Assembly (NCBI GenBank): GCA_050273025.1
Contig: CP158635.1
Span: 13,082,001 to 13,146,000, forward strand
Length of the DNA stretch: 64,000 bases
Origin: Cenococcum geophilum
Taxonomy: Eukaryota
Direction: 5' to 3'
Positions 13,611 through 25,079 of this stretch are shown here, in pieces. How positions within the stretch are numbered: the first letter of the stretch is position 1; the number at the start of each line of letters is the position of its first letter. A program made the translations under genes and the position numbers. Under the pieces are notes generated by a model, which was given only the letters and a program-made list of their open reading frames with translations, was not told where the DNA came from and ran no database searches.

Positions 13611-15575
13611 AGTGGTAAGGGTATTAGGTAATTTCCGGTATTTATTTATTTTCTGGGGGTTTTGGTCCGTACGGGTCCTTTTAGTTATTTTATACATGTC
13701 CTTTTAGTTCTGTCCTGTCCTTATAGTCCTAGTAATATCCTTAGGGTCCTATCCTATATTCCTGTCCTGTTCGTGGTCCGTAGATATATTTAAGTTCCTT
13801 CTTAAGAAGAGAGAGTAGTTTGGAGCTTTAGATAATGTTAGCGACTTAGTTAATCAAGGCACGAGCACGGCAAGAAGGTCGCGCAAGCCTGTACGATTGG
13901 ATTGTCTATAAACGAGGATCCAAAGCTAGAGAAAGGAAAGGGGAAGAACGGAAGCGCCGCTCGAAGTTATATACAATCCTCTGGTCACGTAATGGCAGTT
14001 TGCGGCAATCTGCCGTATTCTGCCAGCTTTCTGCCATATTCTGCCAGTGCCGTAACACTATACGCTATTATAGATTGTATATATAGATAACATGTGTAAG
14101 ATATATAAAAATCCAAAAAAAAAGAATTAGAAATACTTTATAAGAATATATTAGGCGCTAGATAAGCAATAATATAAAAATGCTAAGTATATATATAGCT
14201 AGCATCTAGTAGAAGTTTAAAAGTTAAAAGACTTAATACTTTAACTAGAAAGATTCCTTATGGAAGAATACTTAGATAGATAATAGTAGTGGGAATATCT
14301 AGAGAATACGTGTCTATAGTATATTAAGGATAAAAAGCAAATAAAGTATTGGCTAAAGAATAAGTTAAATATACAAAGATCTAGCAGCTAATAGTTAGAA
14401 AAAGTAGAGGCCTATAAGACTAAAGAGAGCTAGTAGTAGGACCTTAGACCCTTAAAGGAATTTAAGAACAACACCTAAATTTACGAGTTAAATAGCAAGA
14501 TTAACAGTTTAAGGTATTAGTAGATAGTAAAGCAATAAGGAACCACATCTTACTAGCAATAATTAAAAGGATAGGGCTACCGCATAGACAGAAAAAGCAC
14601 CTATATTTACTAGTTATAATTTCAGAAGATCTAATAGCCTATAGAGGAGGTATTATTAACCTTAAAATAGGACCTATTTAGATAACTATTAAAGGAAGAT
14701 AAATCGGAATATCCTTTAATATATTACCATTAGGGAATAATAAGGCAGTGTTAGAAATGCCTTAGTTATAGGAATATAATCTAAAGATCAATTAGGTTAT
14801 AGGTTAGGTTAATATTAAAGATACTTAACGCCGTAAGATATAATAATAAACTAAGATAGTATAGTATTAAGTAGGGGCGACCTATAAAGAAACAGATAAA
14901 GAACTAAGTTATATACTAAAAAGATACCATAAGTACGGTAAGAAACTATAGTTACTAAAAAGTAAAAAGCTGTTAGAATATATAGTATAGGACTATAAGA
15001 TAGAATTAAAACTAGAAATAAGTCTAAAGTTCTTTCTAATCTATAAGCTTACTAAAGAAGAAGAGAGAGCACTAAAAGAGTTTATCTAGGAGAACTTATA
15101 AAAGGGATATATTAAACTATTACAGTTATTAGCAGGTTATCTAGTACTATTTATACTAAAGAAAACGGGAAACTTAGACTATGCATTAACTATAAATAGT
15201 TAAATAGCATTACTAAAAAGGATAGGTATCCTTTACCCTTAATTAGTAAAATCTAAGATAGAATCAGCAATACATAAATCTTTATAAAGATAGATCTAAG
15301 ATAGGCGTACCATTAGATTAGGATTAAGGAAGGCAACGAATAAAAGGCAGCCTTTAGGTTAAAGAAAGGACTATATAAACTAGTAGTAATACAGTTTAGG
15401 CTTATAAATACACTAGCAACGTTCTAGAAACGTATTAATAATATATTAAGAGAATACTTAGATAAATTTATTATAGTATACCTTAACAATATTATTATCT
15501 ATTTAATAAGTAAGAAAGAGCACGGAGAATATATTAAATAAGTTTTAAAGAGACTATAAGAAGAATAGATACTAG

Positions 15576-15672
15576 TAGGTATTATTCTATAATTACGTTC
15601 GCAATTTTAGTTTAACCGTCTATCTTTAAATAAAATGTAGTTAAGAGTTATATTTATATGCTTAATTATTTA
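15576..15672 (-). mobile_element. Short Gypsy-B integrase fragment at a rearrangement junction
   Basis: Matches ~48276-48371 (de-RIP LSTAFH.ETDGQTEIAN). Confidence 0.85.
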
Positions 15673-16068
15673 GGTCGCCACTATTTATACACCTCCTAAA
15701 TGATATTGTCAGATAATCTGTATTCTATGTGGCGTAGGACGTGCCAGACCTGCGGAGGATAGGCCGGATAGGCCTCTCGGATAATAGACCTATCAGCTAA
15801 TAGTATCCGGAGACTATCCGGATAGTCTCCGGATAGTCTTAGCAAAACCCCCTTAATATGCTTATACTTATAATGCGCCCCCCAATATTATATAAATAAT
15901 TTTTCTATTTATATAGATTAATCGAGCTTATAAAGCGCTTTAAAATGGTACCACTTTTATCTAAATATCCTAAGGATAACTAATATTATATAGATATAAA
16001 GCTTACAAGAGCTCTACGGAATAAGGCTTAGGGGGAGCCCCGCACGGAGCTCTACTAAAGCTCAGCAA

Positions 16069-16330
16069 AAGCTCTGCACGAAGCTCTGCACGAAGCTCTG
16101 CAGAAGTTCTGCGGAGGCCCTGTACGAAGCTCTGCGGAGGCTCTGCACGAAGCTCTGCACGAAGCTCTGCACGAAGCTCTGCGGAGGCTCTGCGCGAAGC
16201 TCTGCACGAAGCTCTGCACGAAGCTCTGCACGAAGCTCTGCACGAAGCTCTGCACGAAGCTCTGCACGAAGCTCTGCACGAAGCTCTGCACGAAGCTCTG
16301 CAAAAGCTCTGCATAAAGCTCTGCAAAAGC
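16069..16330 (+). repeat. 12-bp minisatellite (AAGCTCTGCACG)n, about 21 units
   Basis: Directly visible tandem array with no spacers. Degenerate units continue to ~16700. Confidence 0.97.
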
Positions 16331-16796
16331 TCTCCATAAAGCTCTACTTAAAGCCCTATTTAGATCTCTAAAGCTCTACTAATACGTAGCACTAATATAC
16401 TATAACGCTCTATATATATAGCTTTATATAAACCCTCTATAAGTAGAGCCTCTATATATAAAGCCTAGTACTAGCTATATTTATAGCGTTATATATATTT
16501 TTAATTAAATATTATTATATTATATAGAGGCTCTGCGTATAAAAGCTTTACATAAGGCTTTATACGAGGATCTGCACAAATCTCTACGTACGGAGGCTCT
16601 ACACGAAGCTTTGTGTACAGAGGCTCTACATAAAGCTCTACACGAAGCTCTACGTACGGAGGCTCTGCACGAAGCTCTACACGAAGCTCTGCACAAAGCT
16701 TTTATATGGAGCCTCCGTAGTAGACCCATCGTACACAGAACCGTCATACGCAGAACCGTTATACGCAGAGCCGTCGCGCAGAGCCTCCGTATACAC

Positions 16797-16860
16797 AGCT
16801 TCGTGCAGAGCTTCGTGCAGAGCTTCGTGCAGGGCTTCGTGCAGGGCTTCGTGCAGAGCC
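16797..16860 (-). repeat. Inverted copies of the same 12-bp unit
   Basis: About 5 units of (GCTTCGTGCAGA/G), the reverse complement of the 16069-16330 unit. Confidence 0.92.
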
Positions 16861-18497
16861 TCCACAGGGCTCCGTGAAGAGTCTCCGCAGAGTAAATTTC
16901 ACTAGTACTAGCCATATTTACAGCGTCGTACGATAGAAATAAAAGATAGTTTGGTATTGACTGCCCGGCTGATCGTCGGTCAGCGAAAAAATCACTTGTT
17001 CAGCCAGCCACCTGGGTCAGATTCGAGGATCTCCATAGCGCCACCAGCGCCAAGCTGTGGAGAGACGCGTATCAAGGGCCGCCCGCTGATCGAGCTGCTG
17101 ATCGACGCCGACCGTAGGGTAATTAGGGCCATTAGGGCCCCAAGTGTATATAAAAAAGTCCTCCCTACCTAATCCTTAATCGCGGTAGCACGTCTGCTAT
17201 TATACCTACTATACAAGATGGCGCTGACCAACCGCGTAGAGATTAATATCGCCAATAATGCCGAATTACGCGCTAACGCGTAGCATGTCCTCGCCCTTAC
17301 GCGTGCCGTAAGGCCTAAGAATACGTCTTTAACGTACGATCCAAAGTAGAAGGAGTTTAAGGTAATACCCCCCCCTTCCTAAAAGCATCGCGGCCCGTGA
17401 CTAACGCGTTGTCCGGCTTTAGGCCTTCTATAAACGGAAGCAGTACTGCGACAGCGATACCATTACAAAGGATAAGCTACTTCTTTTTCTTATTAAGGAG
17501 GTTATAAGCCGGCCCTTAAAAGGGAAGAGCTGTAAAGCCGACATCAACGTACCCTAAGAGGAGACGCGGCTCTTATAGCGGTTAGTTTGCGGCTATATTA
17601 CTACTCTAACGGACCTCTATTAGATGTAGAAAGCTATAGGAATAAACAGCCACCTATCTCCGCGGGAGAACAGCGTTAGGGAGTACCTAAAGACGCTATA
17701 GCGGAGGGATACGCAGCGCAAGAAAGAGCAGTTCGCCGACAAGGGTAGAGATACCCTTCTTAACAGCTATACTAAGGACGAGTTTTAGAGCGTCTGCCGC
17801 GAGCTCTAGGCTAGGGGCGCCGCCTCGTCCCCAAAGTGCTACTTCTATACGCTTATTAATATCCTACTAGGCCACTATATGCTTACCCACGGCAGCGATA
17901 GACGCTCCGCCGAGATCTTAAATCTATTTACCTTTAGGTTTAAAGGTAAAGGCCCTACGCGCTGTATGCCCTTAATATTTACTACATACATAGGCAAGTA
18001 GAACCAGCACGGCCGTCTTAAGACTATTAGGGCCCTACGGAACAGGAAGCCACTCGTTTACATACTTAGCGGGCTAGCTTTCTATCTCCTATACCGCTGG
18101 GATTTTAGTACGGAGCCGTTTTTAGACTTTAGTAGGCGCTTAGCATGGTATAATATACGCCTAATTAAGAGCGGTAGGGACCGCGAGGTGGCCCTCTTAT
18201 ATAACTTACAGCAAGATTAGGTCGTAAAGGCCTTCTAATATATCGGCGTCTTTTTAGAGAAGAAGACGTATATTAGGCGGAGCGCCGGCGCTAAGACGGC
18301 GGAGCTAAAGGGGGTCAGCGAGGACCAGATTCGGCGCGCTAGGAGGTAGAACCAAGAGCAGATCAGGGTTGTTTTGGATAATGCGAATAAGCGAGCATAA
18401 AATATCCTTTATCTAATAGAAAATGCATAAAATATCGCAATCGATAAGGATAAAAGTGCCCGTGCGGAGCTTTTCTACCCTAACTGGTAAGACTCCT

Positions 18498-18663
18498 GGC
18501 AGAATTCGGCAGAATTTAGTAGACTTAGCAGAATTTGGCAGATATTATAGATATTACAGATATTACGGATATTGCAGATATTGCGGATATTGCGAATACT
18601 GCGGATATTGCGTATATTGCGGATATTGTAGATATTGCGGATATTGTAGATATTGCGGGTATT
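18498..18663 (+). repeat. Tandem repeats in the hAT 3' region: GGCAGAATTC-like units, then ~14 x 9-bp GCGGATATT
   Basis: Directly visible, with RIP-type variants between units. Confidence 0.93.
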
Positions 18664-18729
18664 ACAGTACCTTTCCCCCCTAACTATATAGCTAAATACT
18701 TAGAGAAAAATTACCTATTTCTCTTATAG

Positions 18730-20798
18730 TTCTTCTCTGATGCTAATTCTTTAAACACTCTATTTTCTTAAGAGTTTTAGGATCTATCTGCATTCTCTCC
18801 TATAATACCATACGACGTCCTCCTAAAAAGACTCTTTCTGGCTTATCACTTATTACTAGAATTGAGAGAATTTTAATTGCCATAAGCGAGAGCTGTGGCC
18901 AGCGCTTTTATTGCTGTTCTTGAGACTACCACTAAAGTGTAGTTGTTGAAATCTTATATGGCGTCTTAGAGATAAAGTCCTTATACTTGTCTTAACTTTT
19001 TGGTCAAAACATTATGCTATTAAAATCCTTAGCAATCTTATTAAACTCGTTAAGGTCTTAAGCTAGAGCCAGCCTTTTATATAATAACATACTTCTGGGC
19101 GTAGAACTCCTATTCCAATATCTTTCCTAAAGCTCTTTAACGCTGTTAAGTGCAGGCTTACGCTACTCCTTCTTCTAAACCTGCTTAATATATCTCATAT
19201 AATGGGCTGGATAAAGAATAAGTATAGCGGCGTAAAGGGGCGAGTTATCTATTTTATAATAATATCTATTAAAGGTATTCCAAGTATTTTTAATGCGTTT
19301 AGAGAACTCCTTATTAGATATATGCTCCCTCTATTATATAATATTAGCTAAATTAAGAAATAAAAAGGGGGAATAAACTAACCTAGGATTTATTAAGGTG
19401 CTTAATTATAACATCTATTATAAAGAGTACATTCTTAAGCGTTGCTTTATGTCCTTGGCATTTTAGGGTTACCTAGTAGAATATCTAAAGAAAACTTTTT
19501 ATTATATAAAGCGCCTCCCAGTCCTTTGGACTAAGATAGTCCTTTTTAAATGTATTAAGGTTACGCTTAGTATACGTATTAAGGGCAGACTCTTTCTTAA
19601 TTGCTACGCTGAGCATAAAATACCAGCTATTCTATCTTATACGATTATTAAGTGGAATTCTTCTCCCTATAAGACTTTTAAACTCCCTTGTATAACTAGC
19701 TGAGCTATAGGTATATACGGTAATATTATAAAGCTTTCTAAGTGCGCTAAGTTTCCGAAATATATTACTTTTCTCTTTCTCCTCTTTTAGATCTAACTCT
19801 TTTCCTTTTACCTTATCTTCTTCGTACAACTTAATGTTATTAAGACTAATTAAGTTTTTAAAGAGGAAAGCCTGTATAGTAAGGTTAAGAATATAACCCT
19901 AATAGCGGATCCGTTGGTAGACGGAATTCCATTTAATTCCTTCTTCCTAAAGAAGCTAGTCGCTTATTGTACGACAGAGCTTATTATTTGCAGTATGGTT
20001 ATTAGATATAACGGCACCCAGCTTTCGCGTAATCCCGTAGTCCTTAAGCACTAGAAGGAGAGTATTCTATTACTTGTCCCTGCTATAGGAGGCTACCGTA
20101 CGGAGGCCGAGAAGAGCGTTTATAAGCTTTTCCTAACTATCTATAAAATGGCCGCAAATTGTAAGGAAAAGGTGATTATTTAGAGAGGTCCAGATATCGA
20201 TAGAGAGATAAATACTCGTTAGTGCAGACTGTAGCCTCTTTCGTACAATATCCTTTTGCAATAGCCATAAGTTATAGATCTTTTTACTAACTATCGAATA
20301 GGCTATAGTTATATAGCCGTCTACTTCAGGATTGATTGACTATAGAAGAACATGGAACTCTGGCCACTCAACTATCCGAAATGGTAAGTTTCGTACAACA
20401 ATTAATGTGACAAGGGCCTCATTAATAACTTCTTTATTTAGGACCGCTCGGAGTACTTCTAAATCTAGCTCTTCTGTCTTATTTTAAGATGACGCTTTAA
20501 GGTAAAGGTCTTTTAATTAATCCCGTATTGCTTCTTTTATACGACTAGTTTTAGGCTTAACTGTAATGCTATGCTTTAACGCCAAGTGGTTTCGGAAGTT
20601 GGAAGTTGACTATGCAGCGTATAACTCTGTATAGTGTTTATAATAGAATAAAAGACGGGCTTTTTTATTTTGTATAGGCTTATTACTGCCTAGTGGACGG
20701 GTATGCTCCTATGTCAAAAGAGCTAAGCGACCTCTTATATTTTTTAATTTAGAGGTATTAATAGAGTCGAGAGCTTCTAATTCCACTTTTGAAGTCAT
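18730..20798 (-). pseudogene. hAT transposase with BED finger, RIP-inactivated; 3' end approximate
   Basis: ATG at 20798. De-RIP BED finger (CKHC...NFRNHLALKH), SIDIWTS, RIRC.GHILNL, DNRTRWNSW and dimerisation motif WPQLSLMAI.ILSIP.MSDKPERVFSGGRR. Confidence 0.9.
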
Positions 20799-23700
20799 AT
20801 TTTGTACAATAATAAAGAAGAAGAAGGCGACTAAAAATTTATTTGGGGTATGCCAAGACTTATCGCGATAAGATTTATCCAAAACAACCCTGGAGCAGAT
20901 AGTAGGCTATTACTTAAACTCTCTCCCGCAAGAGTTTATAAGGTTAATAGCAGGACACCCCTCGTAAATAGGCTGCTTCGAAATCCGCCGTGCGGGTAGT
21001 ACGCTACCTAACGTACTATTATCGATAATATGGCCCGAACTGGACAAATAGAAGGGCCGTTTTGGCCCGCAGCTATACCAGATTAATAACCTTGCTGCTA
21101 TAGGGGTTATAAACCTTCTCTTTTACCTCCGCGAGGTCATTTTATAGGACTTAGTAACCCTCCGTAAGATATTCCTAAGCTATCTAGTATAGAGCCACCC
21201 TGTTTTTTAGTATAAGGCGTATAAGGCCTTCGCGTAGGATCTAGAGCCCTACCTATAGGAAGAGGAGGGGAGCCTAAATTAGCTATTAATTCTCTACTAG
21301 GCTATACCACTCCTTACTAACTAACTAAAAGCTCTATGTACTAAATATAAGTAGACAGCTAGCAAGGTTAAGGGCTTATTAGACTATCTAGATAAGTCCT
21401 AACGGGCCTAGTCTTTATAGCTTTAATTGCTAACGTCTAAAGGCCTTACATTTCGACTAGAAGCCCCTTTAGCTATAGCTGCGGCTACAGCTGCGGTATG
21501 GCCTTAAGGCCGGTCTACTAACCCCCCGCATCTACCTATAGAAGCGGCCCCTTTAGCTCTATCTATTACGGGATCTAGCAGATATACGTCCGCCCAGGCA
21601 AGCGCTATAGGCTCTCCTTCCCGTATAGCTTCGCTACTACCGCCGCCGCCACTACTATAGCCGCTACCGCAGCCGCTACCGCAGCCGCAGCTAGAGCCTA
21701 GGTCTGGGTCTCCACCTATATACTATATAAGCCGCGCGGTAAACTCCGTACGGGCCCTTTAGCGTAAGTAGACCGAAGGGCTAGGAGGTAATCCTTTTAT
21801 AGCAGCGCTAGATTCTAAATAGGGTAGTAGATAGCGGGCTAGCCGGCAAAAGGAGGTTTAATAGTACTCCCTACAGCTTAAGGTTATTAAGGAGATTAAG
21901 CGGGTCGCATAGGTCTAGAAGGTTAGCGAAGAAGCGGCTATATAGTAGGTTAATCTACGGCAGGAGCAGATACAGTGCTTACTAGATCAGCTTTATAAAC
22001 GGCTTTAAGCGGGTAGAAAAGCTTTAAAATAGTTATATATATAACTTCTAATAAGATACTAAGAGGTCCTCTATTAAAACCTTCGTCTATAGCCCCCTAG
22101 GGGCTCATTTTAGTGCCGTATAAGTTTGATGGGGTGCTTTAGGGTGCTTATACGATGGCGGCGCGTAACTTAAAACGCGAATATCTTCATCAACCCACGG
22201 CCGATTCTTACCATTCTAGTGCGAGTAGAAAGCGCTTAGCAAGCTCTACGCATAGCGCTCGACGGGTGTTGAGAGCGCGGTGTCGCTGGCAATTAAAAAT
22301 CGACTGTGGATATGGGGTAATATCTATAGTTGCTAAACGCACGGGCCTCCTCGCCTGCGTAATCGTGACTTAGCCGCTGATTTAGCTATATAAACGTAAC
22401 TGTGGATATACTATTGAAATTATACGGATGCTAAGCCTTATCTAGATATATCTAGATATTATCCGATATCCGGGCTATCCTCGGATAGGATTATTATCCA
22501 CCCGACCGGATAGGATAATCTATCCTCCGTAGGTCTAGGACGTGCACGAGTCACGTGCACGGGGCACGTGCATTGTAAATATCCTTATCTAAGCCCAGGG
22601 ACCCTAGGTCAAGAACTATTAATATTATCAATTAATTAACCCATTTTATTAATGAATAGCTCTATTAAACTATCTGACAGTTATAAGCCCGGTCCGCCGA
22701 CATAAGAAGCTTTTTAGCTATTACTTAATTATTTGAAGAAATTCTACCTTATTGTTAGACTCTGACACCTTATTGTTAAAGGACGCAGACTCTGACAAAA
22801 ATTCTACCTCAATCGTCACAGGACGAGATTCTACGAGATTTTATAAGATTCTATAAGTTTCCACCTTAATCGTTAAAGGACGATCTTAATAATAAGGACG
22901 ATCCTAATAATAAGGACGATCCTAACAACAAAATACTATCTTAATTCCTCCTTTGCCTATTAGTTAAATGACTCTACCGACATTGAGTTCGTTAACTACA
23001 ATTATCCTTAATAAGCCAGAAGACTGGGAATAATGGCTATAGCAACTCCGAGCCCTCGTGGATTAGCGAATTTGGGCCTACGTTGACCCAGATAATACAG
23101 CACCTTAATGAGGTCTACTATAAGAACCAGCCTATCTAGAAGTTATAGATTTCAATAAGAATGCAACCTTATATATATAGCTCTTGACGAATCAATAGAG
23201 AGCGTACAAGAACAGTAGATGATACTACGACTAGCATATAAAGTATTTCCTAAGATAGGAAGATTATCTTTAATAGATCTGCACCTAGATTACGTCTACA
23301 GTATTAATTTAGAAGGAGCTACTACTTAACCCTTCCCTTATAGTTAAAGAATGGTTATCTTAATTAAAGGAGAATACTAAACCTACCTTATTATTTGTTA
23401 GGAAGAAGGTATAACACTAATATATAGAAGCTTTTAAGGGGTTTATACACTTATTAAAATTAAATTAGTGGCTTGATTAATAGGAATACGTAATAGTACT
23501 AGGAGAGAAGTATAAAATATCCTAAATGTCTAATAGAATCTGACTTTAAGAATTAGTAAAAGTTATTTAACCTTTTAGCGATGCCTACTATATAAAGTAT
23601 ACTACCGAGTTAAATAACCCGTAGAAGTTAAGATCTTCTAAATACTGTAGAGTAGTAAAGGAGCTATAAGAAGGACTTAGAAGACCCTTAAAGAAAGCTA

Positions 23701-25079
23701 ATACTATTATAAGAGGGAGTACCTTTAATATAGACTTTATAGAGTAGGCTATTAAGGATTACTCTAATACTACTAAAGGTTTATAAAGAGGAAAGGCCTT
23801 AGTACGCAAGAGCCGCTTAAAGAGAGCTAGGACACTAGTGGATAAGAAGACGTTCTATAAGAAGCTAATACCTAAGTACCTAGCGTGCGGAATACGAGGA
23901 TACTCCCTTTAGGACTATTAGTATTTATTTAAAGATAAGAGACCTATAGGGGTTATAATCGAAGATATTTGTATTAAAAAGGCACTAAGGAAGGTAAAAT
24001 AAAATAAGGATCTTGCTGATCTAGTTACCATAATTAGACTTAAATAAGAAGACAAAGATTAATAACAATAAAATAAGAGTAAAAGAGTTCTATATCTTAA
24101 AGACATTACCTTCTATACGGACTTAAATAGAAGAATGTTACGGATAATAGACTATTAAATACGTCTAACTAGGAAGTCTATTAGCGTTTAATATAAGCCG
24201 ACTGCTACGCCGCCAACGGAAGCGCAAAATATCGTTAAGAGACGTTCGTCTAGACTTAAAAGGTAATGTATAACTATGGTATCTGTATCTAGGCCATCTA
24301 GGACCTATTAAGCTTTAAGGCCCTAAGACAACGGAATATTAAAACTGCAGCCTTGCTAAAAATTAAGCGTTAGGTCTTACGAAGGTTCTTAAATTAAAAT
24401 ATTAATAAACCCTATCTTAACGTCTATATTAACTAGACTAACCTTAAGGAAGTGTATATAAAAGACCTTAAAGAAAGCTTAAGAAGTAATTAAGGAGCTA
24501 AGTAAGGAATACTAAATAAGTACCCTTAGAGAGCTAAAATGGTTCCTAGGAATTTATATACTACACAATTATAGCTAGAGGCTCCTATAGCTATCACTTT
24601 ATCCCCCTCCTTAAGATCTAGTCCCTTAGATCTCTTAGCGTTATAGTACCGTTTTATTCTTTCTTATACCTTTTCCACTAATTCCATAAGGTCTGTATAA
24701 AGATTTATTAGTGTCTTTATTTTTTCTTTAGCTGTGCTACTTATTTTCTTCGCTTATTATAGTGATAATAATATTCTTAGCTTATATCCGTAATTTGCCT
24801 TAAATAGTGACGTGCCTATTCCTTCTTGCAGTGTTACATTATAATAATAATTCATTGCTTAACGTCTGATTTGGATCCCTATTAGGCCCACGCGGACTAC
24901 TCCTTATTTATATATGGGGAGAAAACTCTATTTAAGAAAATGAGAAAACCCCGTAATCTATCTCCCCGCCTTTTAGGACTCGCCTACTTAGCGCCTACAA
25001 GTCGCCTATAGTGCTCTACTACCTTACTATTTAACCTTTTTAGGAACTACTGCTGCCGTAATAAGCCTACGGACGCGCT

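Larger units (their letters stand above)
7946..14057 (-). mobile_element. Gypsy-D, full-length chromovirus
   Basis: 222-bp LTRs at 7946-8167 and 13836-14057. TSD CTATA (7941-7945 and 14058-14062). PPT (C-run on the + strand) at ~8171. gag ATG 13610, [11 protein letters not shown] ~10700, RNase H, integrase, chromodomain ~8300-8470. Confidence 0.96.
4793..15576 (+). mobile_element. Gypsy-A copy 1 (5' LTR, gag, protease, RT; truncated after YLDD)
   Basis: 5' LTR 4793-5215. gag ATG at 5254 (MPPKAA). CCHC ~6260-6300, protease ~14520, RT YLDD ~15478. Colinear with 42854 onward and with 50616-58643. Interrupted by Gypsy-D. Confidence 0.92.
18364..20892 (-). mobile_element. hAT DNA transposon (2529 bp)
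   Basis: Perfect 18-bp TIR CAGGGTTGTTTTGGATAA. 8-bp TSD GAGCAGAT (18356-18363 and 20893-20900). Confidence 0.97.
17218..22032 (+). pseudogene. Crypton tyrosine recombinase (Ndc10-domain-2-like) with C-terminal GCR1_C domain; RIP-mutated, split by a hAT
   Basis: ATG at 17218. Intron 17362-17422 (GTAATA...CTAAC...TAG). De-RIP motifs RPKNT, DKLLLFL, FADKGRDTL, GEGPTRCMPL, GKQNQHGRLE, LAFYLLYRWD, KKTHIGR, IRRAGRWNQEQMVGCYL, WPELD, LREVI.QD and C-terminal SVRALWREWTEGLGGNP...WGSRWR. Stop at 22030-22032. Confidence 0.9.
16929..22158 (+). mobile_element. Crypton (CryptonF-type tyrosine-recombinase transposon); boundaries tentative
   Basis: Contains a YR + GCR1_C gene. Candidate terminal direct repeat TACGATAG (16929-16936) / TACGATGG (22151-22158), differing by one RIP-type change. 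No TIR or TSD of its own. Confidence 0.75.
15745..22537. mobile_element. Non-autonomous hAT-type shell carrying a minisatellite and a Crypton
   Basis: 18-bp TIR CAGACCTGCGGAGGATAG / CTATCCTCCGTAGGTCTA. 8-bp TSD GGACGTGC (15737-15744 and 22538-22545). Subterminal (C)GGATAG/TATCCG repeats at both ends. Confidence 0.9.
15707..24597 (+). mobile_element. Ty1/Copia element: 5' LTR split by the hAT shell, internally deleted, 3'-truncated
   Basis: LTR TGTCAGATA (15707)...TATCTGACA (22679), 172 bp net. It is followed by GTTATAAGCCC, the RIP form of the (G)GTTATGAGCCC motif typical of fungal Copia. gag-like WLQQLRALV...IWAYVDPD ~23035. RT piece LGELKWFLGI...LWLS ~24525-24596. Confidence 0.85.

Noticed and set aside
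16003..16915. Six ORFs with ELRA/QSFV/RASC/EALH repeats; possible CRISPR array
   Set aside because: They are translations of a stop-free 12-bp minisatellite. There are no unique spacers and no cas genes.
18423..18729. Cys-rich (YCG)n and (DIA)n ORFs
   Set aside because: Artefacts of the 9-bp GCGGATATT minisatellite in the hAT.
17218..22032. Host kinetochore NDC10, GCR1-family transcription factor, or Starship captain
   Set aside because: The combination of YR and GCR1_C domains, RIP damage and TE context fits a Crypton. I recognised no DUF3435-type captain features.
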